A DNA stretch of 64,000 nucleotides from Lophium mytilinum (taxonomy: Eukaryota). The position numbers were made by a program, and so were the translations under genes. The stretch covers positions 1,860,001-1,924,000 of the forward strand of contig MU004183.1 in assembly GCA_010093605.1 (NCBI GenBank), in the 5' to 3' direction. Below the pieces are notes generated by a model. It did not search any database, had not been told where the DNA came from, and saw only the letters and a program-made list of their open reading frames with translations. Positions 12,191-25,075 of this stretch are shown in pieces; the stretch's first letter is position 1; each line of letters opens with the position of its first letter.

Positions 12191-14023
12191 ATGCCAACTC
12201 CCCCAGCGCTTACCCGCCCATCTAAAGCTCGCTCGGTTTCCACCAACACCTCCGCACCGCCTCCCGCAGCGATCGACAGCAAGACCACGGAGGAGAGCGC
12301 GCGAACTAGGCTACATATTACGCCATTCACGGCTGAACTGCTGAAAAGCTATATACCCCCGACCGTCCTTCCGTCTGCGACAAATATCTCGTTTCACACT
12401 GTCGAGACTTTTCCGGAGAAGGGCTTTGGCTACATTGAGTTGCCGACTATGGAGGCACAAAAGCTGAAGAAGAAGTTGAATGGGTCTATATTGAAGGGGT
12501 CCAAGGTGCGCATCGAGGAAGCGAAGCCAGAGAAGAGGAAGAAGGCGGAGAAGGACGGTGCGGTCGCTAAAGAGGAGGACAGACCGGCGAAGCGCCCGAA
12601 GAAGGAGAAGCGCACACAGAATGTGATGGAGGGAATCGAGCTGCCGGATCAGAGAAAGATCAAGCGTGGCTGGACTGAAGTACCGGGGCATGGGAAGAAT
12701 AAGGCGGACAAGAAGAGCAAGAAGGATAAGAAAGAGAAGGCGAAAGAATCACAGTACCTGAAGGAACCGGAGATGCTATTCAAGGCGAAGCTGACACCTG
12801 CAGCTGCTGCCGCCGAGAGTGCGGTGAAGGCCAAGAAGAGCAAGGCTGAGGGCAAAGAAAAGAAAATATCGAAGGCGAATCGAGACGTGGTAGTACATGA
12901 GTTCACGAAGACTAGCAAACACCCGAGTTTTCTCAAGAGCAGTGAGGCTATTTCGGAGAACAAGCCAGCCACGGAGTATATCAATGGGAAAGGGTGGGTG
13001 GACGAGGATGGCAACGTTGTTGAAGCTGAGACTGGAAAAGCTAGGAGGGCACGATTAGTCGGCCTGGCAGAGGCAACTCCAGAAGAGAACACGCCGAAGC
13101 CAGCCAAGGGTGTATCGAGTAGGAAAAACTTGTCTGCTTCATCTATGGATATCCCAGATATAGCGACCAAAACCAAGTCAAAATCGAAAACTGCCAAAAA
13201 GTCAAAACAAGCAACACCGCCTTCCGAATCCTCTGACGAGACCTCCGACTCTTCGTCAGCCGTATCCTCCGAATCGTCAGACTCAGAGTCTGACTCTGGA
13301 TCCGAATCCGTTGCATCTGACTCGCAAGCCTCGTCATCCTCCATATCCTCCTCAGTACCTACGAAACCCCTCCAAAATATTACTCTCACGCCTCCTTCAC
13401 CTTTAGCAGAGGCTGAGATTAGCACTAAGGAGGTCCACCCTCTCGAAGCGCTCTTCAAGCGTCCTAAGCCGCCAACGATCACAACAGCTGCAACAACGCC
13501 CTTACGCCTCGCACCGATCACTACATCCTTCAGCTTCTTTGACGGCGATGCGAATGAGGTCCAAGACGAAGATGGGGACACGTCGATGAAGGATCCACAT
13601 ACGCCATTCACGCGACAGGATCTGGATTGGCGAGGACTGAGGAGTGCAGCGCCTACGCCGGACACGGCTGCCATTGGCCGCAAATTCTCATTCCCGTGGG
13701 GACGTGACAATAGTGAAGAAGAGGACGAGGATGATGTTGATGCTGGGGCCGAGCTGAAAGTCAACACGAGAGCCAATGCGGCGTTGCATGCGGTGAATGA
13801 GGAGGACATGGACGCAGAGGTCGACGCCAATGTTACCCCATTAGGGCGCAAGGCGGCTAGAGAGGGAGAGACAGAGGGGCAAGGGGAAGAGGAGAGCGAG
13901 TTCTCGAAATGGTTCTGGGAGCACAGAGGGGAGAACAACCGGGCGTGGAAGAAGCGGAGACGAGACGCATTGAAGGTGGAGCGGCAGAGGGAGAACAGAC
14001 GGACGGGGAGGAAGGTGGTGTAA
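12191..14023 (+). CDS. Nucleolar protein, Nop8/NOL8-like (N-terminal RRM-like region, Lys- and Ser/acidic-rich)
   Basis: 610-aa ORF with RLHITPF..GFGYIEL..KLKKKLNGSILKGSKVRIEEAKP and a C-terminal FWEHRGENNRAWKKRRR. Confidence 0.7.
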   Translation: MPTPPALTRPSKARSVSTNTSAPPPAAIDSKTTEESARTRLHITPFTAELLKSYIPPTVLPSATNISFHTVETFPEKGFGYIELPTMEAQKLKKKLNGSILKGSKVRIEEAKPEKRKKAEKDGAVAKEEDRPAKRPKKEKRTQNVMEGIELPDQRKIKRGWTEVPGHGKNKADKKSKKDKKEKAKESQYLKEPEMLFKAKLTPAAAAAESAVKAKKSKAEGKEKKISKANRDVVVHEFTKTSKHPSFLKSSEAISENKPATEYINGKGWVDEDGNVVEAETGKARRARLVGLAEATPEENTPKPAKGVSSRKNLSASSMDIPDIATKTKSKSKTAKKSKQATPPSESSDETSDSSSAVSSESSDSESDSGSESVASDSQASSSSISSSVPTKPLQNITLTPPSPLAEAEISTKEVHPLEALFKRPKPPTITTAATTPLRLAPITTSFSFFDGDANEVQDEDGDTSMKDPHTPFTRQDLDWRGLRSAAPTPDTAAIGRKFSFPWGRDNSEEEDEDDVDAGAELKVNTRANAALHAVNEEDMDAEVDANVTPLGRKAAREGETEGQGEEESEFSKWFWEHRGENNRAWKKRRRDALKVERQRENRRTGRKVV

Positions 14024-15402
14024 GTTCCGGAATCGGATGCTGCTCCGGTCGTTTGATCTGGGTATGGCTGCTTAGTTCTGGAAGGCGTAGATCTGTAGTA
14101 TCAAGTCGTTTGTTGTGAGACATGAGATGGTATCCGTCCATTGGATCTGTGTGACCATGTCCATTTCAATCGAGTGCGGTTGACACGGTGTCCATGTCCA
14201 TGCGACGGTCAAGCACGTTTACGTCCAGGCAGTTCATTAACCATGTCCTGAATAAAGCCCTTTTGGGAGTTTTGAGACAGCCACCGGACGTTGATTCTAC
14301 CTCGGTGTGCGCTTTTATACGGCAGCCAGCCGCCACAATCCCCATTGATCCGCTTAGCCACTCTAGGACTTCGCAGCACATTCCGATGACGTGAATCCAC
14401 GATGCCGTGGACAGGCCCGTGTGCGTGGCTACCGGGCATGCCGTGATTACAAAGGAGCGTTGGCCGTCGGGCAGCGGGGGAAATATGGAAGGCTTCTGGA
14501 AAGCTTGCACGAGTCGTTCGCGGCGGATCGAGGGCCGTTTGCTGTCAAAGCCGAGCATCAGGATTCAGGCATCGTTCCCTTTGGCTCGTGAAACACTTGT
14601 GCAAACGCGGGCGGCCCATGGTGCCCTGTTCCCTGCGGCGGAAGTCCATCCGTATGACACCCGCGAGATGAGATGAGCGTGCTGCGTACCTGCCAAGCGC
14701 CTGCTGTTGAGGATGCCCTCCAGCTCCTGGTGAGACCTCCGCGAGACAGCAGGACTTGGAGGGGGTGAAGGGCGCGATGGGGATGGTGGTGTTTTGAAGC
14801 CGGCCCGTCGACGCGTCTCGTCTTGTTTACATCAGAGGCAGCTGTTACAGGTGCCGCGCAGAGTCTGCAAGCGCGTCGAGGGAGATTAAATGAGGTTCCA
14901 AAGCAGGCTTGCGGTGGCAGGGCCGTGGCAGTTAGGTTAGATGCACCACGGACCGTTGAGACTTGCGGCCCCAGTAATGCAGGAGTAACCCGGCGACTTT
15001 TGCTGCAGCCCGAGCCACCACGACCCTTTCTCGTCGTCTCCTCCAGCCTTCACCTCCGCCTTGCACGCCACAGCCCGAGTAGTGTGCTCTTAAACCTGCC
15101 TGTCCCTGTCTACTCCTCAAGCCCCATCGAACTTCCAAGGCGGCCATGAAATTGCTCCGCTGCGGCCGACCCTCGTTCCTTTTGCTGTCTCGCACCTCCT
15201 CCGCATAGCCGCTGACGATCCCTCCGACGCCTTATACCAACCGCCGCACGCTCCCAAACCCACTCTCTTTTCTCCTCTCTCTATACATTCCGGGAATGAA
15301 GCCTTGCTCCGCCGTCACGTCGTCCCATCACCTTAGCTCCGAGGGGCCGTCATCTGCAACCTGCATGGTCTGCATCCCGACAGCTCGCCGCGCTCCAGGA
15401 CG

Positions 15403-17964
15403 ATGACCGCGCGCCTTCAGGACTCCAATAATGGCGGAATTGGACCCGGAAGGCTTCAACATGTGGCACTGCCGCCAATTGACCCTCGAGCCGTCCATAC
15501 CTACGCAGATCAGCTCTCCAACAGATTCACGCCCCCAGCGTCGCCCCGAGACTCGGATTCCGTCTCATTGTCATCTTTCAGGAGCAACACTACCAACCGC
15601 TCCAAACATCCCCTTACCGTGCTCACCGAGAGCGCCCAATACAACTCCTCGCGCGAGAACATACGCCATTCGCCGTCACCGGAGCCCTCCCGACCTGGCC
15701 TTACGACAATACCACCCCCTCATGTCCCGCTCCGCCGAAGCTCCTCGCAGCGTCTCCGCCAGCGGGCGTTACCAGCCTTGTCTTCGCCACTGAATGAGGA
15801 GCGAATACGCAAAGCCGGGCATCCGTCGCCCACACTCTCTACATTCTCCACCAACAGTGGTGGCAGGTCCCGCCAGGGGAGCGCTGCCGCCATCCCGAGC
15901 GACGATCCCCGCAGGAACCCGCTATCGAGCAACCCCGTAACCTCGTCGTGGCACATACCTGCTGCCGAGCACCCTCTTTTCCCGCCGAACAGATCTCGAG
16001 GTCTTACCACGTCGTCCCAACCGGGCTCCCAGTTTCAGCCTGGCCGGATCCTCCGAACCTCGACATCAATACCAGACTATGGACCAATTGGAGTTTCGAA
16101 TCGGAATGGGCCATCTACTACATACAAGCCGGATCGAGGTCAACCTGGCCGCGACAGCGACAGCTACCACTCGGCTCTTCGCCGAGACCCATTAATACGC
16201 AACGACGAGGCCCGTGCGAGTTTTCGATCAGGTTGGACGAATGGCTCCTCTGGATTTTTGGATGCTAGCGGCACGGAGCGGAGCAGCGTAGCCACCAAGA
16301 GAAGCTCGACAAGTGACGGCCGGAATAGCGTTCACCAAGCGCACGACGACGATGTGGACCCAGACGCCGAAGGAATGAGCGTAGAGGACTACATTGAGAT
16401 GTACGCGGACGGCTTTTATGATGATCCTGAAGTGGGTGGGTTGGACAACTCGGATGAGGGTTATGTGTCCCAAGCCGCTCTCGGCCGCACTCCAGACTCA
16501 CCAGAGGAACCGGTGAAACAACGCCGTCACTCCGCAAGCATGGTAAGAGAAAGCGTATTCATCGAACCAGCAAAGCTCAACCTCGCCCCGCCGCCCCCAA
16601 TTCACGTTCGAAGCTCGACGCAAATATTTTCAGGAAGACCGCCAACCGTCCAAGGAAATGAGTCCATTATGCCGGTTGCGCGCGACCGCTATGGCTTCAA
16701 AAAGGCCACGCAAAACGTAACAGCTGATCAGTATGATGTCTGGAACATGGAGTATACGATGTATCTTGCTCGCCGACGAAAGAAGTGGGAGGCTCTCATG
16801 AAGCAACATAATCTACCCACTGACAACCCAACCCGCTTTCCACCCAGATCCGATAAGGTGAAGCGGTACATACGAAAGGGGATTCCACCGGAATGGCGAG
16901 GTGCGGCGTGGTTTTGGTACGCGGGCGGAACCGAGAAACTGACTCAAAACCCTGGTCTATATTGGGATCTTGTAGAGCAGGTCGACCAAGGGAATCTAAA
17001 TGAGACGGACAGAGACCTTATTGAGCGCGACCTGAACAGGACCTTCCCCGACAACATTCGCTTCAAACCTGATTTTGATCCAGTATCAAATGATATGGGT
17101 CGAGACTCTGATCCGACATTATGCTCTGAAACCGCAATACTCCGAGCCCTGCGCCGCGTTCTCCAAGCATTCGCAATTCACAACCCTGGTATCGGATACT
17201 GCCAATCGCTCAACTTCCTGGCTGGACTTCTCCTGCTCTTCCTGGACGAAGACGAGGAAAAGGCTTTCCACATGCTCAGCATCATCACCACTATCCATCT
17301 CCCAGGAACTCACAGCAGAGTCCTCGAAGCAAACGTAGACATGGGCGTGTTGATGAGCTGCATCCGCGAATCGATGCCCGCCATATGGACCAAGATAGAC
17401 GATGTACACCTCCTCAACGCCGGGACCCACTTCTCCGCAAGCAACGCGCGACTTCCCACGATTTCCCTGGCAACAACTGCATGGTTCATGTCTCTGTTTG
17501 TCGGCAACCTCCCCATCGAAACCGTTCTCCGAGTCTGGGACTCGTTCTACTACGAAGGCTCGAAAACCCTCTTCCGCATCTCTCTTGCCATTTTCAAAGT
17601 CGGCGAGCCCGACATCCGCTCCATCAACGACCACATGGAGATTTTCCAAGTCATCCAAACGATCCCCAGACGTCTGGTCGACGCGAACAAACTGATGGAG
17701 GCGTGCTTCCGCCGCCGCAACGGCTTCGGCCACATGTCCCAAGACACGATCGACTCGAGGCGCGCGGAGCGGCGGAAGCAGCATGTCGCCGACATGGCGC
17801 GGATGAACACGCTAAACAGCGTCACATCTGGCAAATCCGGCAAATCCGGCGCACTCGCACCGTCTGTGGATGCAGATGAGGAACGCCCGCCGACGAGCAT
17901 GAGGCGCACGGCATCGAAGCGCTTCAAGCGGAGCATGTCGCGGAAACGCACCGCGAAGAACTAG
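15403..17964 (+). CDS. TBC-domain Rab GTPase-activating protein (Msb3/Gyp3-like)
   Basis: 853-aa ORF with RDRYGF, IRKGIPPEWRGAAW, IERDLNRTFP (R-finger), GYCQSLNF (Q-finger) and TVLRVWD. Confidence 0.93.
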   Translation: MTARLQDSNNGGIGPGRLQHVALPPIDPRAVHTYADQLSNRFTPPASPRDSDSVSLSSFRSNTTNRSKHPLTVLTESAQYNSSRENIRHSPSPEPSRPGLTTIPPPHVPLRRSSSQRLRQRALPALSSPLNEERIRKAGHPSPTLSTFSTNSGGRSRQGSAAAIPSDDPRRNPLSSNPVTSSWHIPAAEHPLFPPNRSRGLTTSSQPGSQFQPGRILRTSTSIPDYGPIGVSNRNGPSTTYKPDRGQPGRDSDSYHSALRRDPLIRNDEARASFRSGWTNGSSGFLDASGTERSSVATKRSSTSDGRNSVHQAHDDDVDPDAEGMSVEDYIEMYADGFYDDPEVGGLDNSDEGYVSQAALGRTPDSPEEPVKQRRHSASMVRESVFIEPAKLNLAPPPPIHVRSSTQIFSGRPPTVQGNESIMPVARDRYGFKKATQNVTADQYDVWNMEYTMYLARRRKKWEALMKQHNLPTDNPTRFPPRSDKVKRYIRKGIPPEWRGAAWFWYAGGTEKLTQNPGLYWDLVEQVDQGNLNETDRDLIERDLNRTFPDNIRFKPDFDPVSNDMGRDSDPTLCSETAILRALRRVLQAFAIHNPGIGYCQSLNFLAGLLLLFLDEDEEKAFHMLSIITTIHLPGTHSRVLEANVDMGVLMSCIRESMPAIWTKIDDVHLLNAGTHFSASNARLPTISLATTAWFMSLFVGNLPIETVLRVWDSFYYEGSKTLFRISLAIFKVGEPDIRSINDHMEIFQVIQTIPRRLVDANKLMEACFRRRNGFGHMSQDTIDSRRAERRKQHVADMARMNTLNSVTSGKSGKSGALAPSVDADEERPPTSMRRTASKRFKRSMSRKRTAKN

Positions 17965-18193
17965 AACACTTGATCCTTTTTTTCTTGCTTTGCATTGCGG
18001 CTAGGCTGGGCGGTATATGTGGCGTTTGGTGAACATATCATGAATGGTTGGGATACGGGCGATCGGGAATTTCCGCGTGTTGCATTGTCTGGGGGATTTC
18101 GGCGGAGTTTGTGATAATATATGTGGGTAACAATGGACCAGGAGATGGGGATATACATATGGAAAAGCTCGGGCTGATTCTGGCTGTCCACGT

Positions 18194-18220
<27 letters not shown>
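18194..18220. repeat. (AC)n microsatellite
   Basis: About 13 perfect AC units. Confidence 0.95.
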
Positions 18221-18224
<4 letters not shown>

Positions 18225-18599
18225 ACCAATCGATGTCACTTTCTTGTCTATTGAGATCCAATTCTGTTGATTGGTGTGATACCTAACAGATTTCGCACTG
18301 ACTGGGTGCGTTTACGGCGACGTTCCACGTTTACGTGTCTCATATACAGGCGCTGCACTATTATGATTTGATTACTGGCAGGATCTGGACATCGCGTCCT
18401 GGTCCCTAACCTGTGTATGGAAGGACTTCAGACTCTGTCAGAAAGTCCTATATATGTACGAGCGGTGCGAATTCAGAACAAAGACTTGAATTTTCCAAAC
18501 ATCAAACGCTGTCTATGCATGCTAATATGGCATTCCCATTTCCATCCATGTAATGCATATGCGTGTCCGCTCCCCTCCCTCGTCCTCCCACTCAACTCC

Positions 18600-21500
18600 C
18601 TACCACCTATCCGGCCCAAAATGCTTCCCCTCAGGCACATCCCGATACGAGCACGCCTGCCAATCGCAGCCCTGCTTATACACCTCGGTCCCCCACCACT
18701 TAAACCCACCCATCCAGCCAGGATACAACACGCCGAAAAACACCACCACGACGCCGACCGCCAAGCCCGAGTCCAGCGCCGCCGACAGCGTGACGTTATA
18801 CTTCCGCCACCATGCCTTCCGCTTATTCTTAATCAGATAATTGAACGCCCAACACACAAGCCCCCAGACGGAGAAATTGAGCCCCGTGGCCGGCGGGATC
18901 CAGCTCAGGCTGCCAAAGACGACGGGCAGGTTTACCTTGCGCCAGAGGGAGCGGCGGTCGCGGCGGCCGAGCAGCCAGACGCCGATAGGGCAGACGGCGC
19001 CGGCGAGGAATGCCCAGACGAGGGGCCGGTAGAGGGCACCCGGGCCGAAGAAGCGGGCGGGGCCGACGACGCCCCACAGGATGGAGCCGTTGAAGTGGAC
19101 GCGGGCGAGGGGGCAGGTGAAGCCGTTGATGGCTTGCGGGGTGCAGATGCCGGGGACGTTGGCGAGCATCCAGTTGAGCACGCCGATCTGCGTGATGCTG
19201 GAGATGAGGGTGGCGGTGATTTGGAGCGCGAAGAGGGTGCGTGGTGGGATCTTCATGTAGTGGCCGAGTTTGAGGTCCGAGGAGAATTTGAGGCCTTGGG
19301 TGGAGGAGATGTAGCCGTAGGTTGTGAAGAGCATGTTGGCGACGGGCCGGCCGGGGAAGAGGACGCCGCAGATGAGTTGGCAGATGAGGTAGATGCTGCT
19401 TTGTTGGTTGGTGATGGCCATGACGATGCCGATGGGGATGAAGAGGATGGCGCCCATGCCGAGGGCGAGGAGGAGTCCGTACCATGGCAGGTGGATGGGA
19501 TAGCTGTTTTTGTTACTATATGGATTGGTGCTGTCATGGGCAAACTTACTACTCCACGATGAAGATCCCAATCGCCAACATACTGACCCCTATCAGGATA
19601 TACCAGATGATGGGAACATCGGGATACTTTTTCATCAGCCGGTTGTGGATGTCTTCGGAGCTAAGTAGGTTCTCTAGCCCTGGCTCTGAAGAGCTGCGAG
19701 GTCTCGAATGGCTGCCGTTCGCGCCATTACCGTTTGTAGGCAACGGTTCGTATCTGGCATCGCTATCGCTCGAAACTTCGTTCATCGATTTGCGCCATTG
19801 AGTCCAAATGTCCTTGCCGTGCCACAGAGCTGTGTGCGAGATGAGAGCAGCGAGGGCTGCGAATTGAAGCGCGTAGCTCAGGGCGTATGTAATAGGCAAG
19901 AAGACGCGACTGTAATTGTGGTATGCCTCATTGTCGAACAAGAAATCCTTGGTCAATATCCTGCTGACATCATACGGCTTTCCAGTATTGTCGAAAACCG
20001 CTGAAGAGAGGATGGGCATGTAAGAAGAGAACATGACGTTCTTGTAGTCTGAAGATTATTAGCGGAGAAGTCGAAGTATGGTTAAGAAACATACACAAAA
20101 TTGGCGCAATAATCCACATCACAACGACGAGACCTCCAAGGATGTTACACGCTGCCCAAAAAGGAACGGCGAGCGGAGATCCAATATAGGCTATTTGAGA
20201 CCAATCAAATGTCAGGGGGAAGAGACCAAGACCAGATGCGACGCCAAACTAATGGAGTTAGTATTGGGCATGCCTTGAAAAAGCCACTAAGAGCACTTAC
20301 TAGGTTGGCCACAACAACGTTCTTTGGAGCGAACCACGTTATCACGCTGAAGTAGCTAAGGGCCGGCATGAGAAGACCGGGGAGGAAATAGAAGAGCACG
20401 GCTCCGCAGAACACCTTGAAGAAAAAACTAGATCGGCTAATGGTCCATCCATTCGCAGGTTTGTTCTCCTCCTTATGAAGAGTGAAAAACATGGCCGATG
20501 AAATCAATGTTGAGGGCCAGATCATTCCGCTTGGCCAAACAAGATAACGACGAGTCAGCCCTGCGAGGGAATATCCTAAGACCTGGGTTGAGATAGTAAG
20601 AAGGATCTGATACGTGACACCAAGTGACTGATGATAGAACTGAGATTGCTCCACAATAACCTACACAAATGAGATTAGCGATTTGCCTTATTCTGGTGGT
20701 GACTTCTGAGACTTACATCTGTTGCAAATGCGAAACCAAAAGAAACGTTACTGGCAATATAAACACAACTATGCTCTTTTTCATTCCATCGTCCCTGCGC
20801 CAGCCAGAGCCGTAATCTCCTCCTCCATGCAACCCGAGTCGGAGAAGACAGCAAATGCACTTCGGAGCTGACCGAACTGGCTCGTTCTTCCGAACTGGAG
20901 GGGCGGGTTCCATCTTGGAAGGTAGAGTTGCTCGATGTGTGGTTTCGAGTCTCAAGGGAGCCGTTCACAAAAGTCTCGGCTGGGTCGCTCGCTCTTTTGA
21001 GAATCGAGTCCCAGATAAGGCCGGCGGGATGGGCTAGCAGAAGGGCAATAATGGGAGTGATGCTAACGCTGGGGTATCTTAAAGAAAAGAATAAGTTGGT
21101 AGAAGAGCCGAGAATAGCAAAGAAAATAGACAAGGTCCACATGCGAGGCGTGCTGATAGAGAGGGTGGTGTCGTCGGTAGGCGGTACAGATGCTCGCACT
21201 AGGGCATATGGGGAGTCATCCTTGGGGTGACCGGGTGCTTTGTGGTCGTGGAGGTCGCCTTCACTAGATACGTCACTGTCGCTATAACTATCACCGTCAC
21301 TTGGCTGGTCGTTGAAGACACTGCTGCCGGATGATGATTGAAGGCCTTCGAAGACTCGACCACCCATCCCTGCCGCCACGGGCGGAGCAGCGCCCGATGT
21401 GAATCTCGGCTCTAGTCCAGATTCCTGGTGCCCTTCGAGGGCGTCGTCTAACGCTGCATCTCGTTCCTGGCTGGTGGTGGCCGGGGTGGATCGCCTTCGA

Positions 21501-21982
21501 CTTCTGCGCTGGCGTGGAGTAGCATCGTTTGAGACTTCGACGTCATCGCCGTTGGCGGACGCACAAGATTCAAGAGCAGAGCCGCTGTTTCTGAGTTTGC
21601 TCTTACCCTTCCGGCGGGTGCGATTCTGTGCTGCTTCGGCGGCTGCATGTTCATCTGTATCTGAGTTTCCCGGGCTAGAACTGAAGGACACAACGGGCAG
21701 GCCGCCATAGGAGCCGGTTCCTAACGCGGGTGACGAGCGGACTAGGAGGGGCACCCGCGACATGTCGACCTTTTCTCCAGCGGTTGGGATTGCAGGAGGA
21801 GTCGACTGAGGCTCAGCGCTGCTGTCATTAGCGGCTGGTGAGCTAAGGCTGTGCTGTGTGTTTGCTTTTTGTGCGAAGTCATGGAGCTCGAAGGTCCCCG
21901 CAGGCGAGGGCAACGTGGCGGGAGTGGGAGCGACAGGCGGCTCTCTTAAATCGCTCTCAGTATTGACGGCATCAATCTTCAT
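18600..21982 (-). CDS. OPT-family oligopeptide transporter (Isp4-like), multi-exon
   Basis: DSPYALVRASVPPTD, WNEKEH, MIWPSTL, DLKLGHYMKIPPR and YNVTLSAALDSG motifs across exons. Confidence 0.93.
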
Positions 21983-23432
21983 CAGGAAGAAAGCGGGCCA
22001 ACAAGGCCCATAAACGTGTTCAAAAACGAGGTGTGACAGCGGTGCGTCGCAGTGAGCGTGTGATCTGATAAGATTATTGCGCCCTTGTCCTCCGCGTTAC
22101 GCGCGCCTGATGCATGCCCAGGTGCCACAGGTGGCGCTGTGCAGACTAACCTTCCATGACAAGCCCCATCTTGTGGAACACTACGGAAGGCCGTATTTCT
22201 AAAAGAAGGCAATAGTGAAGATATCCGCCTTGAAAGCGCTCTTCTATCATTCTTAAATAGTTGGCTGCGGTGACTACAGCTACATCTGAAGCCTACCCGG
22301 GGAATGGGTTTAGGTATGGATTCGCGCTAGGAATCTCGGTCGGGAGCCAAGCCGGCTGTCGCCATACGGGCCCGCGTGCTCGGACCCGCTCGCCTCAATG
22401 CATGACGACCGCTCTCCAACGACACCAGATCTCATCGAAATACTGATGACGAGGTTAGGAGTGCTACGATCAGGCGTCTTTCCGTATGCCGTGATACTAT
22501 AATATTGCAGTGGGTGCCAGTGAGACAACCAGCGCAGCTAATCTGTGGGCACGAAGCTCTTGAATCACAGCCGCTGGAAATGACATCCAACAGAATTCTG
22601 TAGAGCAACCTTGGGGTCCTCCTAACGGCGCTATGTAGGTGGAAAAAGTATTCATTAATCAAGCTCATATTTCTCTTGTCAATGGTCCGACATCGGAATT
22701 AAGAGTAACGACCTGTCTCATGTAACACGGTCGTGCCGCCGCAAGGAGGCCTTCAAGCTTGTTATCAGCTATGTAACAAGTCCAAGTCTGATTTACAGTC
22801 TCTAGAAATTACATCACGTTTTTATCTTTTACAATGCTGCCAGGGGGGTCTTCATAACGTGGCAACCTCCCTAAATCGCTGTCAATTTTGCTTTAATTTC
22901 CACTACCTGAGGTTACTCTAAAGCTTCAGCCTCTAATCATCGATCCGTCTACTATGGTTTTGCGCTATCTTGGACCAGTCAGGGCTATCCTCGCATATCT
23001 CAAGCAACAGTCAAAAATCCAGTGTCAACACTTCAATTCACAACATCCATCTTCCGGTGCTCCAATCAAGCTGCCCAAACTCTCCTCAAATACCAAACCT
23101 CTACTACATCAACATCTCATCATGCTTTTGCACAAGCCTTAGACCAATCAAGACGCCCCCGGCCACCTCAAACAGTAGGCAGGAGTTGAGCGAAATCGGA
23201 GGGAGTTGAAGTGATATGGAGCGGTCGAAACAACAACGCTAGTGGGACGCTAGCGCCAAATAGGACGGGTATAAATCCACCACTCTCGCTGCTCTTCTTC
23301 CTTTCCTCTCCACCCCACTGTCGCTTCATCATCTCACAGTCTCTACTACGCCTAGCAGCCTCATTCACCACAACTTCCGTAAGTAATCAACAATGTGTGG
23401 CCTGTTGATGCATTCACCTCATCATCCCTAAG

Positions 23433-24261
23433 TAGTACACACCGCGCGACCCTGTTCACAGTCCTTCTTTTCGCGATTCTGGCCGCGCTTGGTGGCCTAG
23501 CTGGCACGGCGACGGCCCACCATCGTCACAAGAGCTACATCTTCTCGGACGGCACCTGCACACTTTCGGCCCTCGATGGTACGTGTGTGTCGGTCAAAGT
23601 ACCCAAACTTCCCCATAGATTGGCCAGACTCACGAGCCAGAAACCACCTTTCTTAACGGAAGCGTCGCTATCTCTCACGCGGACCAGGCTAAATGGGCCA
23701 CTTTCTCGCCTTCTTCGCCTCTTTGCACCACTACCGTTCTACGTCACGTCCACTATCACCGTCACTATTGGCACCAATGTAAGTACTTGTTACGAATACC
23801 TATACAATCACCCCACTAACGCCTCTTCGTAGCTCGCTGTCGTCGCTCTAAGGACAAATGGGCCTACTCTTACCGGAACTGTGCCCTCAACGGCCCCCGG
23901 CGTCACCCACTCCGTTACAACAAGCAACGCAAGCCTCGACCGCCGCGACACATTGGCCCCAAGATTCCCACAACTCGTCCCCGAAGGAACCGACGGCGTG
24001 ACCTACTTCCCGCACCACCTAGCCGCTACGTGTCAAAGCTCCACCGAAAGCGCCTCCTCGGCGTCACCAACCACCACCTCTTCCGAGTTTTTTGTTGCAT
24101 CTTTCACCTCTTCCACTTCTTCTCTCATTAGCCCCGAGGCTTTGGGTATGGCGATCTTCTGGCCCCTCTTGGTTCTTCTTGTTGCTTTGTTTGGCGTAGG
24201 CTTTGGGTACATGTTGAAGCGACGGGGTGTGGGCGCTAGGCGTTTTAGCAGGTTGTTGTAG
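23433..24261 (+). CDS. Putative small secreted/membrane-anchored Ser/Thr-rich protein; start codon not found, possible pseudogene
   Basis: Signal-like segment TLFTVLLFAILAALGGLAGTATA, S/T-rich stretch, C-terminal TM (MAIFWPLLVLLVALFGVGFGY). Intron signals present but no in-frame ATG seen. Confidence 0.35.
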
Positions 24262-24399
24262 CGGGAGCGGGGCCTACGCGTACAGATATTGAGCGAATGC
24301 GTCCACGATCACGGGCAATGAAGGCACGAAATGGGGGGACAGATTGGGGCCTCTTTGTATAATAGTTTCCTTGACCGAGGCGTTGAAATGTACAGCCTC

Positions 24400-24908
24400 T
24401 TGACACTGTTTGAAGTCCTCCAACGTGCTCTGGAAAATCAGGATATAATGTAAAGTTCGTGACGCTGTTATTCAGACGTTTGGTCTCCTATACTATTCTA
24501 ATACCGTTTGAGGTCCTCCAACGTGCTCTGAAAAATCGGGATGTGATGTAAAGTTCGTGACGTTAACATTCACACGTCTAGCTTCTTACACTATCCCAGC
24601 ACCGTCTGAAGTCCTCCAACGTATTAAGAAAATTCAGAATGGGATGTAAAGTATGTGACGCTGTTATTCACACGTCTAGCTTCCTACACCGTTCTAGCAC
24701 TGTTTAAGGTCCTCCAACTTACTAGGAAATTTCATAGTAGGATGTTAAGTACATAACGCTGTTATTTATACGTCTAGCTTCCTACAATATCCCAGCACTG
24801 GTTGAGGTCCACCAATGTACCAGGAGAATTCAGAATAGGATGTAAAGTATGTGGCGCTGTCATTCAGACGTCTAATATACTACATCACTCTGACACCGTT
24901 TAAGGTCC
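24400..24908. repeat. 98-bp tandem repeat, ~5.2 units
   Basis: GTCC anchors at 24415, 24513, 24611, 24709, 24807 and 24905, an exact 98-bp period. Units are diverged. Confidence 0.95.
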
Positions 24909-25075
24909 GTGGTTAAATCGAGCCTAGCGCTTACACTCTCTGCCCGACCCGTCAGACGTGAAAAGCAGCGGTAGGAGCCCCTTGATGTGCCGTTAAGAAG
25001 ACTACATAGAACAAATTAGCCAACACAACACGCAGTCCCCTATGTAGTCTCCAGCTTCTCTACTCAGAACCCACC

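Noticed and set aside
18417..19562. Long antisense ORFs (381 aa here; also 12649-13938, 17119-17784, 60685-61491)
   Set aside because: Shadows of GC-rich, codon-biased real genes on the opposite strand, with no recognisable motifs.
24400..24908. CRISPR-like array reading of the 98-bp repeats
   Set aside because: The whole unit is homologous between copies, so there are no unique spacers. No cas genes, and the context is eukaryotic.
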